A program made the position numbers and the translations under genes. This document shows, piece after piece, positions 34,001 to 48,000 of a stretch of DNA of 62,520 nucleotides (within the stretch, counting starts at the first letter, position 1; every line of letters starts with the position of its first letter). The notes beneath the pieces were generated by a model. It made no database searches. It saw only the letters and a list, made by a program, of their open reading frames with translations, and was not told the DNA's origin. This DNA is from Nemertoderma westbladi (Eukaryota; Animalia; Xenacoelomorpha), in assembly GCA_032718475.1 (NCBI GenBank), contig JAUCBJ010007889.1, positions 1 to 62,520 on the forward strand. Reading direction: 5' to 3'.

Positions 34001-37000
34001 GTGAGGAGTCCAGCAAAAAGTTTCTCACGTGTGAGGAGTCCAGCAACAAGTTGGAGCAACAAGTTACTAGCATGTGAGAAGTCCAGCAACATGTTGCAGC
34101 AACAAGTTACTAGCATGTGAGAAGTCCAGCAACATGTTGCAGCAACAAGTTACTAGCATGTGAGGAGTCCAGCAACAAGTTTATGTGTGTGAGGAGTCCA
34201 GCAACAAGTTTCTGTGTGTGAGGAGTCCAGCAACAAGTTGGAGCAACAAGTTACTAGCATGTGAGAAGTCCAGCAACAAGTTTCTGTGTGTGAGGAGTCC
34301 AGCAACAAGTTTCTGTGTGTGAGGAGTCCAGCAACAAGTTGGAGCAACAAGTTACTAGCATGTGAGAAGTCCAGCAACAAGTTTCTGTGTGTGAGGAGTC
34401 CAGCAACAAGTTTCCCACGTGTGAGGAGTCCAGCAAAAAGTTTCTCACGTGTGAGGAGTCCAGCAACAAGTTGGAGCAACAAGTTACTAGCATGTGAGAA
34501 GTCCAGCAACAAGTTTCTGTGTGTGAGGAGTCCAGCAACAAGTTTCTGTGTGTGAGGAGTCCAGCAATAAGTTTCCCACATGTGAGGAGTCCAGCAACAA
34601 GTTTCTGTGTGTGAGGAGTCCTGCAACAAGTTTCTGTGTGCGAGGAGTACAGCAACATGTTGCAGCAACAAGTTACTAGCATGCGAGGAGTCCAGCAACA
34701 AGTTACTAGCATGTGAGAAGTCCAGCAACAAGTTTCTGTGTGCGAGGAGTCCAGCAACAAGTTTCTGTGTGTGAGGAGTCCAGCAACATGTTTCTCACGT
34801 GCGAGGAGTCCAGCAACAAGTTTCTGTGTGCGAGGAGTCCAGCAACAAGTTTCTGTGTGTGAGGAGTCCAGCAACATGTTTCTCACGTGTGAGGAGTCCA
34901 GCAACAAGTTGGAGCAACAAGTTACTAGCATGTGAGAAGTCCAGCAACAAGTTTCTGTGTGTGAGGAGTCCAGCAACAAGTTTCTGTGTGTGAGGAGTCC
35001 AGCAACAAGTTGGAGCAACAAGTTACTAGCATGTGAGAAGTCCAGCAACAAGTTTCTGTGTGTGAGGAGTCCAGCAACAAGTTTCCCACGTGTGAGGAGT
35101 CCAGCAAAAAGTTTCTCACGTGTGAGGAGTCCAGCAACAAGTTGGAGCAACAAGTTACTAGCATGTGAGAAGTCCAGCAACAAGTTTCTGTGTGTGAGGA
35201 GTCCAGCAACAAGTTGGAGCAACAAGTTACTAGCATGTGAGAAGTCCAGCAACAAGTTTCTGTGTGTGAGGAGTCCAGCAACAAGTTTCCCACATGTGAG
35301 GGGTCTAGCAACATGTTTCTGTGTGCGAGGAGTCCAGCAACAAGTTTCTGTGTGTGAGGAGTCCAGCAACAAGTTTCTGTGTGTGAGGAGTCCAGCAACA
35401 AGTTGGAGCAACAAGTTACTAGCATGTGAGAAGTCCAGCAACAAGTTTCTGTGTGTGAGGAGTCCAGCAACAAGTTTCTGTGTGTGAGGAGTCCAGCAAC
35501 AAGTTTCTGTGTGTGAGGAGTCCAGCAACAAGTTGGAGCAACAAGTTACTAGCATGTGAGAAGTCCAGCAACAAGTTTCTGTGTGTGAGGAGTCCAGCAA
35601 CAAGTTTCTGTGTGTGAGGAGTCCAGCAACAAGTTGGAGCAACAAGTTACTAGCATGCGAGAAGTCCAGCAACAAGTTTCTGTGTGCGAGGAGTCCAGCA
35701 ACAAGTTACTAGCATGTGAGAAGTCCAGCAACAAGTTTCTGTGTGTGAGGAGTCCAGCAACAAGTTTCTGTGTGTGAGGAGTCCAGCAACAAGTTGGAGC
35801 AACAAGTTACTAGCATGTGAGAAGTCCAGCAACAAGTTTCTGTGTGTGAGGAGTCCAGCAACAAGTTTATGTGTGTGAGGAGTCCAGCAACAAGTTTCTG
35901 TGTGTGAGGAGTCCAGCAACAAGTTGGAGCAACAAGTTACTAGCATGTGAGAAGTCCAGCAACAAGTTTCTGTGTGTGAGGAGTCCAGCAACAAGTTTCT
36001 GTGTGCGAGGAGTCCAGCAACAAGTTTCTGTGTGCGAGGAGTCCAGCAACAAGTTTCTGTGTGTGAGGAGTCCAGCAACAAGTTTCTGTGTGCGAGGAGT
36101 CCAGCAACAAGTTTCTGTGTGCGAGGAGTCCAGCAACAAGTTTCTGTGTGTGAGGAGTCCAGCAAAAAGTTTCTCACGTGTGAGGAGTCCAGCAACAAGT
36201 TGGAGCAACAAGTTACTAGCATGTGAGAAGTCCAGCAACAAGTTTCTGTGTGTGAGGAGTCCAGCAACAAGTTTCCCACATGTGAGGGGTCTAGCAACAT
36301 GTTTCTGTGTGCGAGGAGTCCAGCAACAAGTTTCTGTGTGCGAGGAGTCCAGCAACAAGTTTCTGTGTGTGAGGAGTCCAGCAACCAGTTCCTGTGTGTG
36401 AGGAGTCCAGCAACAAGTTTCTGTGTGCGAGGAGTCCAGCAACAAGTTTCTGTGTGTGAGGAGTCCAGCAATAAGTTTCCCACATGTGAGGGGTCTAGCA
36501 ACATGTTTCTGTGTGCGAGGAGTCCAGCAACAAGTTCCTGTGTGCGAGGAGTACAGCAACATGTTGCAGCAACAAGTTACTAGCATGCGAGGAGTCCAGC
36601 AACAAGTTACTAGCATGTGAGAAGTCCAGCAACAAGTTTCTGTGTGTGAGGAGTCCAGCAACAAGTTTCCCACATGTGAGGAGTCCAGCAATAAGTTTCC
36701 CACGTGTGAGGAGTCCAGCAATAAGTTTCCCACATGTGAGGAGTCCAGCAACAAGTTTCTGTGTGTGAGGAGTCCTGCAACAAGTTTCTCACGTGTGAGG
36801 AGTCCAGCAACAAGTTTCCCACGTGTGAGGGGTCTAGCAACATGTTGGAAGCAACAAGTTACTAGCATGTGAGAAGTCCAGCAACAAGTTACTAGCATGC
36901 GAGGAGTCCAGCAACAAGTTACTAGCATGTGAGAAGTCCAGCAACAAGTTTCTGTGTGTGAGGAGTCCAGCAATAAGTTTCCCACATGTGAGGGGTCTAG

Positions 37001-40000
37001 CAACATGTTTCTGTGTGCGAGGAGTCCAGCAACAAGTTCCTGTGTGCGAGGAGTACAGCAACATGTTGCAGCAACAAGTTACTAGCATGCGAGGAGTCCA
37101 GCAACAAGTTACTAGCATGTGAGAAGTCCAGCAACAAGTTTCTGTGTGTGAGGAGTCCAGCAACAAGTTTCCCACATGTGAGGAGTCCAGCAATAAGTTT
37201 CCCACGTGTGAGGAGTCCAGCAATAAGTTTCCCACATGTGAGGAGTCCAGCAACAAGTTTCTGTGTGTGAGGAGTCCTGCAACAAGTTTCTCACGTGTGA
37301 GGAGTCCAGCAACAAGTTTCCCACGTGTGAGGGGTCTAGCAACATGTTGGAAGCAACAAGTTACTAGCATGTGAGAAGTCCAGCAACAAGTTACTAGCAT
37401 GCGAGGAGTCCAGCAACAAGTTACTAGCATGTGAGAAGTCCAGCAACAAGTTTCTGTGTGTGAGGAGTCCAGCAATAAGTTTCCCACATGTGAGGGGTCT
37501 AGCAACAAGTTTCTGTGTGTGAAGAGTCCAGCAACAAGTTTCTCACGTGTGAGGAGTCCAGCAACAAGTTTCCCACGTGTGAGGGGTCTAGCAACATGTT
37601 GGAAGCAACAAGTTACTAGCATGTGAGGAGTCCAGCAACAAGTTACTAGCATGTGAGAAGTCCAGCAACAAGTTTCTGTGTGTGAGGAGTCCAGCAATAA
37701 GTTTCCCACATGTGAGGAGTCCAGCAACAGGTTGCTCCGTGTGAGGGACTCCAGCAACAAGTTTCTGTGTGCGAGGAGTCCAGCAACAAGTTTCTGTGTG
37801 CGAGGAGTCCAGCAACAAGTTTCCCACGTGTGAGGGGTCTAGCAACATGTTGGAAGCAACAAGTTACTAGCATGTGAGGAGTCCAGCAACAAGTTACTAG
37901 CATGTGAGAAGTCCAGCAACAAGTTTCTGTGTGTGAGGAGTCCAGCAACAAATTTCTGTGTGTGAGGAGTCCAGCAACAAGTTTCTGTGTGTGAGGAGTC
38001 CAGCAACAAGTTTCTGTGTGTGAGGAGTACAGCAATAAGTTTCCCACATGTGAGGAGTCCAGCAACAAGTTTCTGTGTGTGAGGAGTCCAGCAACAAGTT
38101 ACTAGCATGTGAGAAGTCCAGCAACAAGTTTCTGTGTGTGAGGAGTCCAGCAACAAGTTTCTGTGTGTGAGGAGTCCAGCAACAAGTTTCTGTGTGTGAG
38201 GAGTCCAGCAACAAGTTTCTGTGTGTGAGGAGTCCAGCAATAAGTTTCCCACATGTGAGGGGTCTAGCAACATGTTTCTGTGTGTGAGGAGTCCAGCAAC
38301 AAGTTTCTGTGTGTGAGGAGTCCAGCAACAAGTTTCCCACATGTGAGGGGTCTAGCAACATGTTTCTGTGTGCGAGGAGTCCAGCAACAAGTTTCTGTGT
38401 GTGAGGAGTCCAGCAACAAGTTTCTGTGTGTGAGGAGTCCAGCAACAAGTTGGAGCAACAAGTTACTAGCATGTGAGAAGTCCAGCAACAAGTTTCTGTG
38501 TGTGAGGAGTCCAGCAACAAGTTTCTGTGTGTGAGGAGTCCAGCAACAAGTTTCTGTGTGTGAGGAGTCCAGCAACAAGTTGGAGCAACAAGTTACTAGC
38601 ATGTGAGAAGTCCAGCAACAAGTTTCTGTGTGTGAGGAGTCCAGCAACAAGTTTCTGTGTGTGAGGAGTCCAGCAACAAGTTGGAGCAACAAGTTACTAG
38701 CATGCGAGAAGTCCAGCAACAAGTTTCTGTGTGCGAGGAGTCCAGCAACAAGTTACTAGCATGTGAGAAGTCCAGCAACAAGTTTCTGTGTGTGAGGAGT
38801 CCAGCAACAAGTTTCTGTGTGTGAGGAGTCCAGCAACAAGTTGGAGCAACAAGTTACTAGCATGTGAGAAGTCCAGCAACAAGTTTCTGTGTGTGAGGAG
38901 TCCAGCAACAAGTTTATGTGTGTGAGGAGTCCAGCAACAAGTTTCTGTGTGTGAGGAGTCCAGCAACAAGTTGGAGCAACAAGTTACTAGCATGTGAGAA
39001 GTCCAGCAACAAGTTTCTGTGTGTGAGGAGTCCAGCAACAAGTTTCTGTGTGCGAGGAGTCCAGCAACAAGTTTCTGTGTGCGAGGAGTCCAGCAACAAG
39101 TTTCTGTGTGTGAGGAGTCCAGCAACAAGTTTCCCACGTGTGAGGAGTCCAGCAAAAAGTTTCTCACGTGTGAGGAGTCCAGCAACAAGTTGGAGCAACA
39201 AGTTACTAGCATGTGAGAAGTCCAGCAACAAGTTTCTGTGTGTGAGGAGTCCAGCAACAAGTTTCCCACATGTGAGGGGTCTAGCAACATGTTTCTGTGT
39301 GCGAGGAGTCCAGCAACAAGTTTCTGTGTGCGAGGAGTCCAGCAACAAGTTTCTGTGTGTGAGGAGTCCAGCAATAAGTTTCCCACATGTGAGGGGTCTA
39401 GCAACATGTTTCTGTGTGCGAGGAGTCCAGCAACAAGTTCCTGTGTGCGAGGAGTACAGCAACATGTTGCAGCAACAAGTTACTAGCATGCGAGGAGTCC
39501 AGCAACAAGTTACTAGCATGTGAGAAGTCCAGCAACAAGTTTCTGTGTGTGAGGAGTCCAGCAACAAGTTTCCCACATGTGAGGAGTCCAGCAATAAGTT
39601 TCCCACGTGTGAGGAGTCCAGCAATAAGTTTCCCACATGTGAGGAGTCCAGCAACAAGTTTCTGTGTGTGAGGAGTCCTGCAACAAGTTTCTCACGTGTG
39701 AGGAGTCCAGCAACAAGTTTCCCACGTGTGAGGGGTCTAGCAACATGTTGGAAGCAACAAGTTACTAGCATGTGAGAAGTCCAGCAACAAGTTACTAGCA
39801 TGCGAGGAGTCCAGCAACAAGTTACTAGCATGTGAGAAGTCCAGCAACAAGTTTCTGTGTGTGAGGAGTCCAGCAATAAGTTTCCCACATGTGAGGGGTC
39901 TAGCAACAAGTTTCTGTGTGTGAAGAGTCCAGCAACAAGTTTCTCACGTGTGAGGAGTCCAGCAACAAGTTTCCCACGTGTGAGGGGTCTAGCAACATGT

Positions 40001-43000
40001 TGGAAGCAACAAGTTACTAGCATGTGAGGAGTCCAGCAACAAGTTACTAGCATGTGAGAAGTCCAGCAACAAGTTTCTGTGTGTGAGGAGTCCAGCAATA
40101 AGTTTCCCACATGTGAGGAGTCCAGCAACAGGTTGCTCCGTGTGAGGGACTCCAGCAACAAGTTTCTGTGTGCGAGGAGTCCAGCAACAAGTTTCTGTGT
40201 GCGAGGAGTCCAGCAACAAGTTTCCCACGTGTGAGGGGTCTAGCAACATGTTGGAAGCAACAAGTTACTAGCATGTGAGGAGTCCAGCAACAAGTTACTA
40301 GCATGTGAGAAGTCCAGCAACAAGTTTCTGTGTGTGAGGAGTCCAGCAACAAATTTCTGTGTGTGAGGAGTCCAGCAACAAGTTTCTGTGTGTGAGGAGT
40401 CCAGCAACAAGTTTCTGTGTGTGAGGAGTACAGCAATAAGTTTCCCACATGTGAGGAGTCCAGCAACAAGTTTCTGTGTGTGAGGAGTCCAGCAACAAGT
40501 TACTAGCATGTGAGAAGTCCAGCAACAAGTTTCTGTGTGTGAGGAGTCCAGCAACAAGTTTCTGTGTGTGAGGAGTCCAGCAACAAGTTTCTGTGTGTGA
40601 GGAGTCCAGCAACAAGTTTCTGTGTGTGAGGAGTCCAGCAATAAGTTTCTGTGTGCGAGGAGTCCAGCAACAAATTTCTGTGTGTGAGGAGTCCAGCAAC
40701 AAGTTTCTGTGTGTGAGGAGTCCAGCAACAAGTTTCTGTGTGTGAGGAGTACAGCAATAAGTTTCCCACATGTGAGGAGTCCAGCAACAAGTTTCTGTGT
40801 GTGAGGAGTCCAGCAACAAGTTACTAGCATGTGAGAAGTCCAGCAACAAGTTTCTGTGTGTGAGGAGTCCAGCAACAAGTTTCTGTGTGCGAGGAGTCCA
40901 GCAACAAGTTTCTGTGTGCGAGGAGTCCAGCAACAAATTTCTGTGTGTGAGGAGTCCAGCAACAAGTTTCTGTGTGTGAGGAGTCCAGCAACAAGTTTCT
41001 GTGTGTGAGGAGTACAGCAATAAGTTTCCCACATGTGAGGAGTCCAGCAACAAGTTTCTGTGTGTGAGGAGTCCAGCAACAAGTTACTAGCATGTGAGAA
41101 GTCCAGCAACAAGTTTCTGTGTGTGAGGAGTCCAGCAACAAGTTTCTGTGTGTGAGGAGTCCAGCAACAAGTTTCTGTGTGTGAGGAGTCCAGCAACAAG
41201 TTTCTGTGTGTGAGGAGTCCAGCAACAAGTTACTAGCATGTGAGAAGTCCAGCAACAAGTTTCTGTGTGTGAGGAGTCCAGCAACAAGTTTCTGTGTGCG
41301 AGGAGTCCAGCAACAAGTTTCTGTGTGTGAGGAGTCCAGCAACAAGTTTCTGTGTGCGAGGAGTCCAGCAACAAGTTTCTGTGTGTGAGGAGTCCAGCAA
41401 TAAGTTTCTCACGTGTGAGGAGTCCAGCAACAAGTTTCCCACGTGTGAGGGGTCTAGCAACATGTTGGAAGCAACAAGTTACTAGCATGTGAGAAGTCCA
41501 GCAACAAGTTACTAGCATGTGAGAAGTCCAGCAACAAGTTTCTGTGTGTGAGGAGTCCAGCAATAAGTTTCCCACATGTGAGGAGTCTAGCAACAAGTTT
41601 CTGTGTGTGAGGAGTCCAGCAACAAGTTTCTGTGTGTGAGGAGTCCAGCAATAAGTTTCCCACATGTGAGGAGTCTAGCAACAAGTTTCTGTGTGTGAGG
41701 AGTCCAGCAACAAGTTTCTGTGTGTGAGGAGTCCAGCAATAAGTTTCCCACATGTGAGGAGTCTAGCAACAAGTTTCTGTGTGCGAGGAGTCCAGCAACA
41801 AGTTCCTGTGTGCGAGGAGTCCAGCAACAAGTTTCTGTGTGTGAGGAGTCCAGCAATAAGTTTCCCACATGTGAGGGGTCTAGCAACATGTTTCTGTGTG
41901 CGAGGAGTCCAGCAACAAGTTCCTGTGTGCGAGGAGTCCAGCAACATGTTGCAGCAACAAGTTACTAGCATGTGATGAGTCCAGCAACAAGTTTCTGTGT
42001 GTGAGGAGTTCAGCAACAAGTTTCCACCTGTGAGGAGTCCAGCAAAAAGTTTCCCACGTGTGAGGGGTCTAGCAACATGTTTCTCACGTGTGAGGAGTCC
42101 AGCAACAAGTTTCCCACGTGTGAGGAGTCCAGCAACAAGTTTCCCACGTGTGAGGAGTCCAGCAACATGTTGCAGCAACAAGTTACTAGCATGCGAGGAG
42201 TCCAGCAACAAGTTACTAGTATGTGAGGAGTCCAGCAACAAGTTACTAGTATGTGAGGAGTCCAGCAAAAAGTTTCTCACGTGTGAGGAGTCCAGCAACA
42301 AGTTGCAGCAACAAGTTACTAGCATGCGAGGAGTCCAGCAACAAGTTACTAGTATGTGAGGAGTCCAGCAACAAGTTACTAGTATGTGAGGAGTCCAGCA
42401 AAAAGTTTCTCACGTGTGAGGAGTCCAGCAAAAAGTTTCTCACGTGTGAGGGGTCTAGCAACATGTTTCTCACGTGTGAGGAGTCCAGCAACAAGTTTCC
42501 CACGTGTGAGGAGTCCAGCAACAAGTTTCCCACGTGTGAGGAGTCCAGCAACATGTTGCAGCAACAAGTTACTAGCATGCGAGGAGTCCAGCAACAAGTT
42601 ACTAGTATGTGAGGAGTCCAGCAACAAGTTACTAGTATGTGAGGAGTCCAGCAAAAAGTTTCTCACGTGTGAGGAGTCCAGCAACAAGTTGCAGCAACAA
42701 GTTACTAGCATGCGAGGAGTCCAGCAACAAGTTACTAGTATGTGAGGAGTCCAGCAACAAGTTACTAGTATGTGAGGAGTCCAGCAAAAAGTTTCTCACG
42801 TGTGAGGAGTCCAGCAACATGTTTCCCACGTGTGAGGAGTCCAGCAATAAGTTTCTCACGTGTGAGGAGTCCAGCAACAAGTTTCCCACGTGTGAGGAGT
42901 CCAGCAACATGTTTCTCACGTGTGAGGAGTCCAGCAACAAGTTTCTCACGTGTGAGGAGTCCAGCAACAAGTTTCTCACGTGTGAGGAGTCCAGCAACAA

Positions 43001-46000
43001 GTTTCCCACGTGTGAGGAGTCCAGCAACAAGTTTCCCACGTGTGAGGAGTCCAGCAACATGTTTCTCACGTGTGAGGAGTCCAGCAACAAGTTTCTCACG
43101 TGTGAGGAGTCCAGCAACAAGTTTCCCACGTGTGAGGAGTCCAGCAACAAGTTTCCCACGTGTGAGGAGTCCAGCAACATGTTGCAGCAACAAGTTACTA
43201 GCATGCGAGGAGTCCAGCAACAAGGTACTAGCATGCGAGGAGTCCAGCAACAAGTTACTAGTATGTGAGGAGTCCAGCAAAAAGTTTCTCACGTGTGAGG
43301 AGTCCAGCAACAAGTTTCCCACGTGTGAGGAGTCCAGCAACATGTTGCAGCAACAAGTTACTAGCATGCGAGGAGTCCAGCAACAAGGTACTAGCATGCG
43401 AGGAGTCCAGCAACAAGTTACTAGTATGTGAGGAGTCCAGCAAAAAGTTTCTCACGTGTGAGGGGTCTAGCAACATGTTTCTGTGTGCGCGGAGTCCAGC
43501 AAAAACTCTCTCACGTGTGAGGAGTCCAGCAACATGTTTCTCACGTGTGAGGAGTCCAGCAATAAGTTTCTCACGTGTGAGGAGTCCAGCAACAAGTTTC
43601 CCACGTGTGAGGAGTCCAGCAACATGTTTCTCACGTGTGAGGAGTCCAGCAACAAGTTTCTCACGTGTGAGGAGTCCAGCAACAAGTTTCCCACGTGTGA
43701 GGAGTCCAGCAACAAGTTTCCCACGTGTGAGGAGTCCAGCAACATGTTGCAGCAACAAGTTACTAGCATGCGAGGAGTCCAGCAACAAGGTACTAGCATG
43801 CGAGGAGTCCAGCAACAAGTTACTAGTATGTGAGGAGTCCAGCAAAAAGTTTCTCACGTGTGAGGAGTCCAGCAACAAGTTTCCCACGTGTGAGGAGTCC
43901 AGCAACTTCTCACGTGTGAGGAGTCCAGCAAGAAGTTTCTCACGTGTGAGGAGTCCAGCAAAAAGTTTCCCACGTGTGAGGAGTCCAGCAACTTCTCACG
44001 TGTGAGGAGTCCAGCAAGAAGTTTCTCACGTGTGAGGAGTCCAGCAAGAAGTTTCTCACGTGTGAGGAGTCCAGCAACAAGTTTCCCACGTGTGAGGAGT
44101 CCAGCAACAAGTTTCCCACGTGTGAGGAGTCCAGCAACATGTTGCAGCAACAAGTTACTAGCATGCGAGGAGTCCAGCAACAAGTTACTAGTATGTGAGG
44201 AGTCCAGCAACAAGTTACTAGTATGTGAGGAGTCCAGCAAAAAGTTTCTCACGTGTGAGGAGTCCAGCAACAAGTTGCAGCAACAAGTTACTAGCATGCG
44301 AGGAGTCCAGCAACAAGTTACTAGTATGTGAGGAGTCCAGCAACAAGTTACTAGTATGTGAGGAGTCCAGCAAAAAGTTTCTCACGTGTGAGGAGTCCAG
44401 CAAAAAGTTTCTCACGTGTGAGGGGTCTAGCAACATGTTTCTCACGTGTGAGGAGTCCAGCAACAAGTTTCCCACGTGTGAGGAGTCCAGCAACAAGTTT
44501 CCCACGTGTGAGGAGTCCAGCAACATGTTGCAGCAACAAGTTACTAGCATGCGAGGAGTCCAGCAACAAGTTACTAGTATGTGAGGAGTCCAGCAACAAG
44601 TTACTAGTATGTGAGGAGTCCAGCAAAAAGTTTCTCATGTGTGAGGAGTCCAGCAACAAGTTGCAGCAACAAGTTACTAGCATGCGAGGAGTCCAGCAAC
44701 AAGTTACTAGTATGTGAGGAGTCCAGCAACAAGTTACTAGTATGTGAGGAGTCCAGCAAAAAGTTTCTCACGTGTGAGGAGTCCAGCAACATGTTTCCCA
44801 CGTGTAAGGAGTCCAGCAACAAGTTTCTGTGTGCGAGGAGTCCAGCAAAAAGTTTCTCACGTGTGAGGAGTCCAGCAAAAAGTTTCTCACGTGTGAGGAG
44901 TCCAGCAACAAGTTTCTGTGTGTGAGGAGTCCAGCAACAAGTTTCCCACGTGTGAGGAGTCCAGCAAAAAGTTTCTCACGTGTGAGGAGTCCAGCAAAAA
45001 GTTTCTCACGTGAGAGGAGTCCAGCAACAAGTTTCTGTGTGTGAGGAGTCCAGCAACAAGTTTCCCACGTGTGAGGAGTCCAGCAACAAGTTTCCCACGT
45101 GTGAGGAGTCCAGCAACATGTTTCTCACGTGTGAGGAGTCCAGCAACATGTTTCTCACGTGTGAGAAGTCCAGCAACAAGTTTCTGTGTGTGAGGAGTCC
45201 AGCAACAAGTTTCCCACGTGTGAGGAGTCCAGCAACATGTTTCTCACGTGTGAGGAGTCCAGCAACAAGTTGCAGCAACAAGTTACTAGCATGCGAGGAG
45301 TCCAGCAACAAGTTACTAGCATGCGAGGAGTCCAGCAACAAGTTACTAGTATGTGAGGAGTCCAGCAAAAAGTTTCTCACGTGAGAGGAGTCCAGCAAAA
45401 AGTTTCTCACGTGTGAGGAGTCCAGCAACAAGTTTCCCACGTGTGAGGAGTCCAGCAACATGTTTCTCACGTGTGAGGAGTCCAGCAATAAGTTTCTCAC
45501 GTGTGAGGAGTCCAGCAACAAGTTTCCCACGTGTGAGGAGTCCAGCAACATGTTTCTCACGTGTGAGGAGTCCAGCAACAAGTTTCTCACGTGTGAGGAG
45601 TCCAGCAACATGTTTCTCACGTGTGAGGAGTCCAGCAACAAGTTTCTCACGTGTGAGGAGTCCAGCAACAAGTTTCCCACGTGTGAGGAGTCCAGCAACA
45701 TGTTTCTCACGTGTGAGAAGTCCAGCAACAAGTTTCTGTGTGTGAGGAGTCCAGCAACAAGTTTCCCACGTGTGAGGAGTCCAGCAACATGTTTCTCACG
45801 TGTGAGGAGTCCAGCAACAAGTTGCAGCAACAAGTTACTAGCATGCGAGGAGTCCAGCAACAAGTTACTAGCATGCGAGGAGTCCAGCAACAAGTTACTA
45901 GTATGTGAGGAGTCCAGCAAAAAGTTTCTCACGTGAGAGGAGTCCAGCAAAAAGTTTCTCACGTGTGAGGAGTCCAGCAACAAGTTTCCCACGTGTGAGG

Positions 46001-47198
46001 AGTCCAGCAACATGTTTCTCACGTGTGAGGAGTCCAGCAATAAGTTTCTCACGTGTGAGGAGTCCAGCAACAAGTTTCCCACGTGTGAGGAGTCCAGCAA
46101 CATGTTTCTCACGTGTGAGGAGTCCAGCAACAAGTTTCTCACGTGTGAGGAGTCCAGCAACAAGTTTCCCACGTGTGAGGAGTCCAGCAACAAGTTTCCC
46201 ACGTGTGAGGAGTCCAGCAACATGTTGCAGCAACAAGTTACTAGCATGCGAGGAGTCCAGCAACAAGGTACTAGCATGCGAGGAGTCCAGCAACAAGTTA
46301 CTAGTATGTGAGGAGTCCAGCAAAAAGTTTCTCACGTGTGAGGAGTCCAGCAACAAGTTTCCCACGTGTGAGGAGTCCAGCAACAAGTTTCCCACGTGTG
46401 AGGAGTCCAGCAACTTCTCACGTGTGAGGAGTCCAGCAAGAAGTTTCTCACGTGTGAGGAGTCCAGCAACATGTTGCAGCAACAAGTTACTAGCATGCGA
46501 GGAGTCCAGCAACAAGGTACTAGCATGCGAGGAGTCCAGCAACAAGTTACTAGTATGTGAGGAGTCCAGCAAAAAGTTTCTCACGTGTGAGGAGTCCAGC
46601 AACAAGTTTCCCACGTGTGAGGAGTCCAGCAACTTCTCACGTGTGAGGAGTCCAGCAAGAAGTTTCTCACGTGTGAGGAGTCCAGCAAGAAGTTTCTCAC
46701 GTGTGAGGAGTCCAGCAACAAGTTTCTCACGTGTGAGGAGTCCAGCAACAAGTTTCTCACGTGTGAGGAGTTCAGCAACATGTTGCAGCAACAAGTTACT
46801 AGCATGTGAGGAGTCCAGCAACAAGTTTCTGTGTGTGAGGAGTCCAGCAACAAGTTTCTGTGTGTGAGGAGTCCAGCAACTTCTCACGTGTGAGGAGTCC
46901 AGCAACAAGTTTCCCACGTGTGAGGAGTCCAGCAACAAGTTTCCCACGTGTTAGGAGTCCAGCAACAAGTTTTCCACGTGTGAGGAGTCCAGCAACAAGT
47001 TTCCCATGTGTGAGGAGTCCAGCAACAAGTTTCCCACGTGTGAGGAGTCCAGCAACAAGTTTCCCACGTGTGAGGAGTCCAGCAACAAGTTTCCCACGTG
47101 TTAGGAGTCCAGCAACATGTTTTCCACGTGTGAGGAGTCCAGCAACAAGTTTGCCATGTGTGAGGAGTCCAGCAACAAGTTTCTCACGTGTGAGGAGT
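28034..47198. repeat. ~19.2-kb 29/30-bp variant minisatellite (on the order of 600-650 units)
   Basis: Constant core GAGGAGTCCAGCAACAAG followed by a small set of variants (TTTCTGTGTGT, TTTCCCACRTGT, TTTCTCACGTGT, TTACTAGYATGY, and 12-bp short units such as CAGCAACATGTTG). Confidence 0.98.
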
Positions 47199-47499
47199 GG
47201 TGCTGACTGTATCGACTGAGATACATATATATTATATAGCTAAATAATGAAAAGGAAAAATAATTTTGAATCACCCAGTACGGAGGAGGGAGGTGAAACT
47301 ATCTCTAGCTATATCACATCTAATGCAATCTCATAAATTGGAAGGGGGTCAAGTACCTGAATATAGACACTATGTATATTCTATATTTGGTGTAAGATAC
47401 AGTAGTAGAAAAGTTTGTGTAAGCGAAAGCGAATACCGATAACAGTTCTTATAAGAATTTTAAACAATGTGTGTATAAACGCATGAACTTTGCGAAAAG

Positions 47500-47630
47500 T
47501 TCGAGCGGATGAGCGGTGGGTTAGCAATCTTTTGGTTTTAGATTCAGCACCACGAATGTCCTCTCAGAAGCCTCAGCCTCATCCACTAAGCCTTTCATAA
47601 ACTGGAGTCGATGAAATATGAGGACCGGTC
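47500..47630 (+). mobile_element. Ancient SINE remnant (Nin-domain-like)
   Basis: CCACTAAGCCTTTCATAAACTGGAGTCGATGAAATATGAGGACC resembles, from memory, the conserved SINE central-domain motif CAGCCTTTCATCC...GGTCGATAAATGAGTACC. Confidence 0.35.
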
Positions 47631-48000
47631 GTGCCTATCGTGTCTAATAAATTGGTAAGTTACACACTGTTGTATGTTGGTTGATAGTTTAAAAATTTGT
47701 CTATATATCATCAATTATTATTTAAAATTGTAAGCGAAGGTTTTATAACATCTTTATATTAAACACTCATAAATATGAATTATGTAACCCATTAGCCCAT
47801 TACCCAAAATCTTGACATTAATAATTCAAAAGATATGATTTGTACTGTACTAATTATATTGAACCTCCAAATTACAGAAATCCGTTTATAATCAAACAAA
47901 ACAGAGTATTAGTCCACAAATAAAGGATTACTTCACTTTATGTTATACATTATCTTTTTATATAGCGAAGTCAATTATTACATGATGAGTAGTAGATATA

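Noticed and set aside
28034-47198. CRISPR array, or the many ORFs listed in this interval
   Set aside because: Variable segments are ~11 nt and reused hundreds of times, there are no cas genes and the context is eukaryotic. The ORFs occur in all frames on both strands as a by-product of stop-poor repeats.
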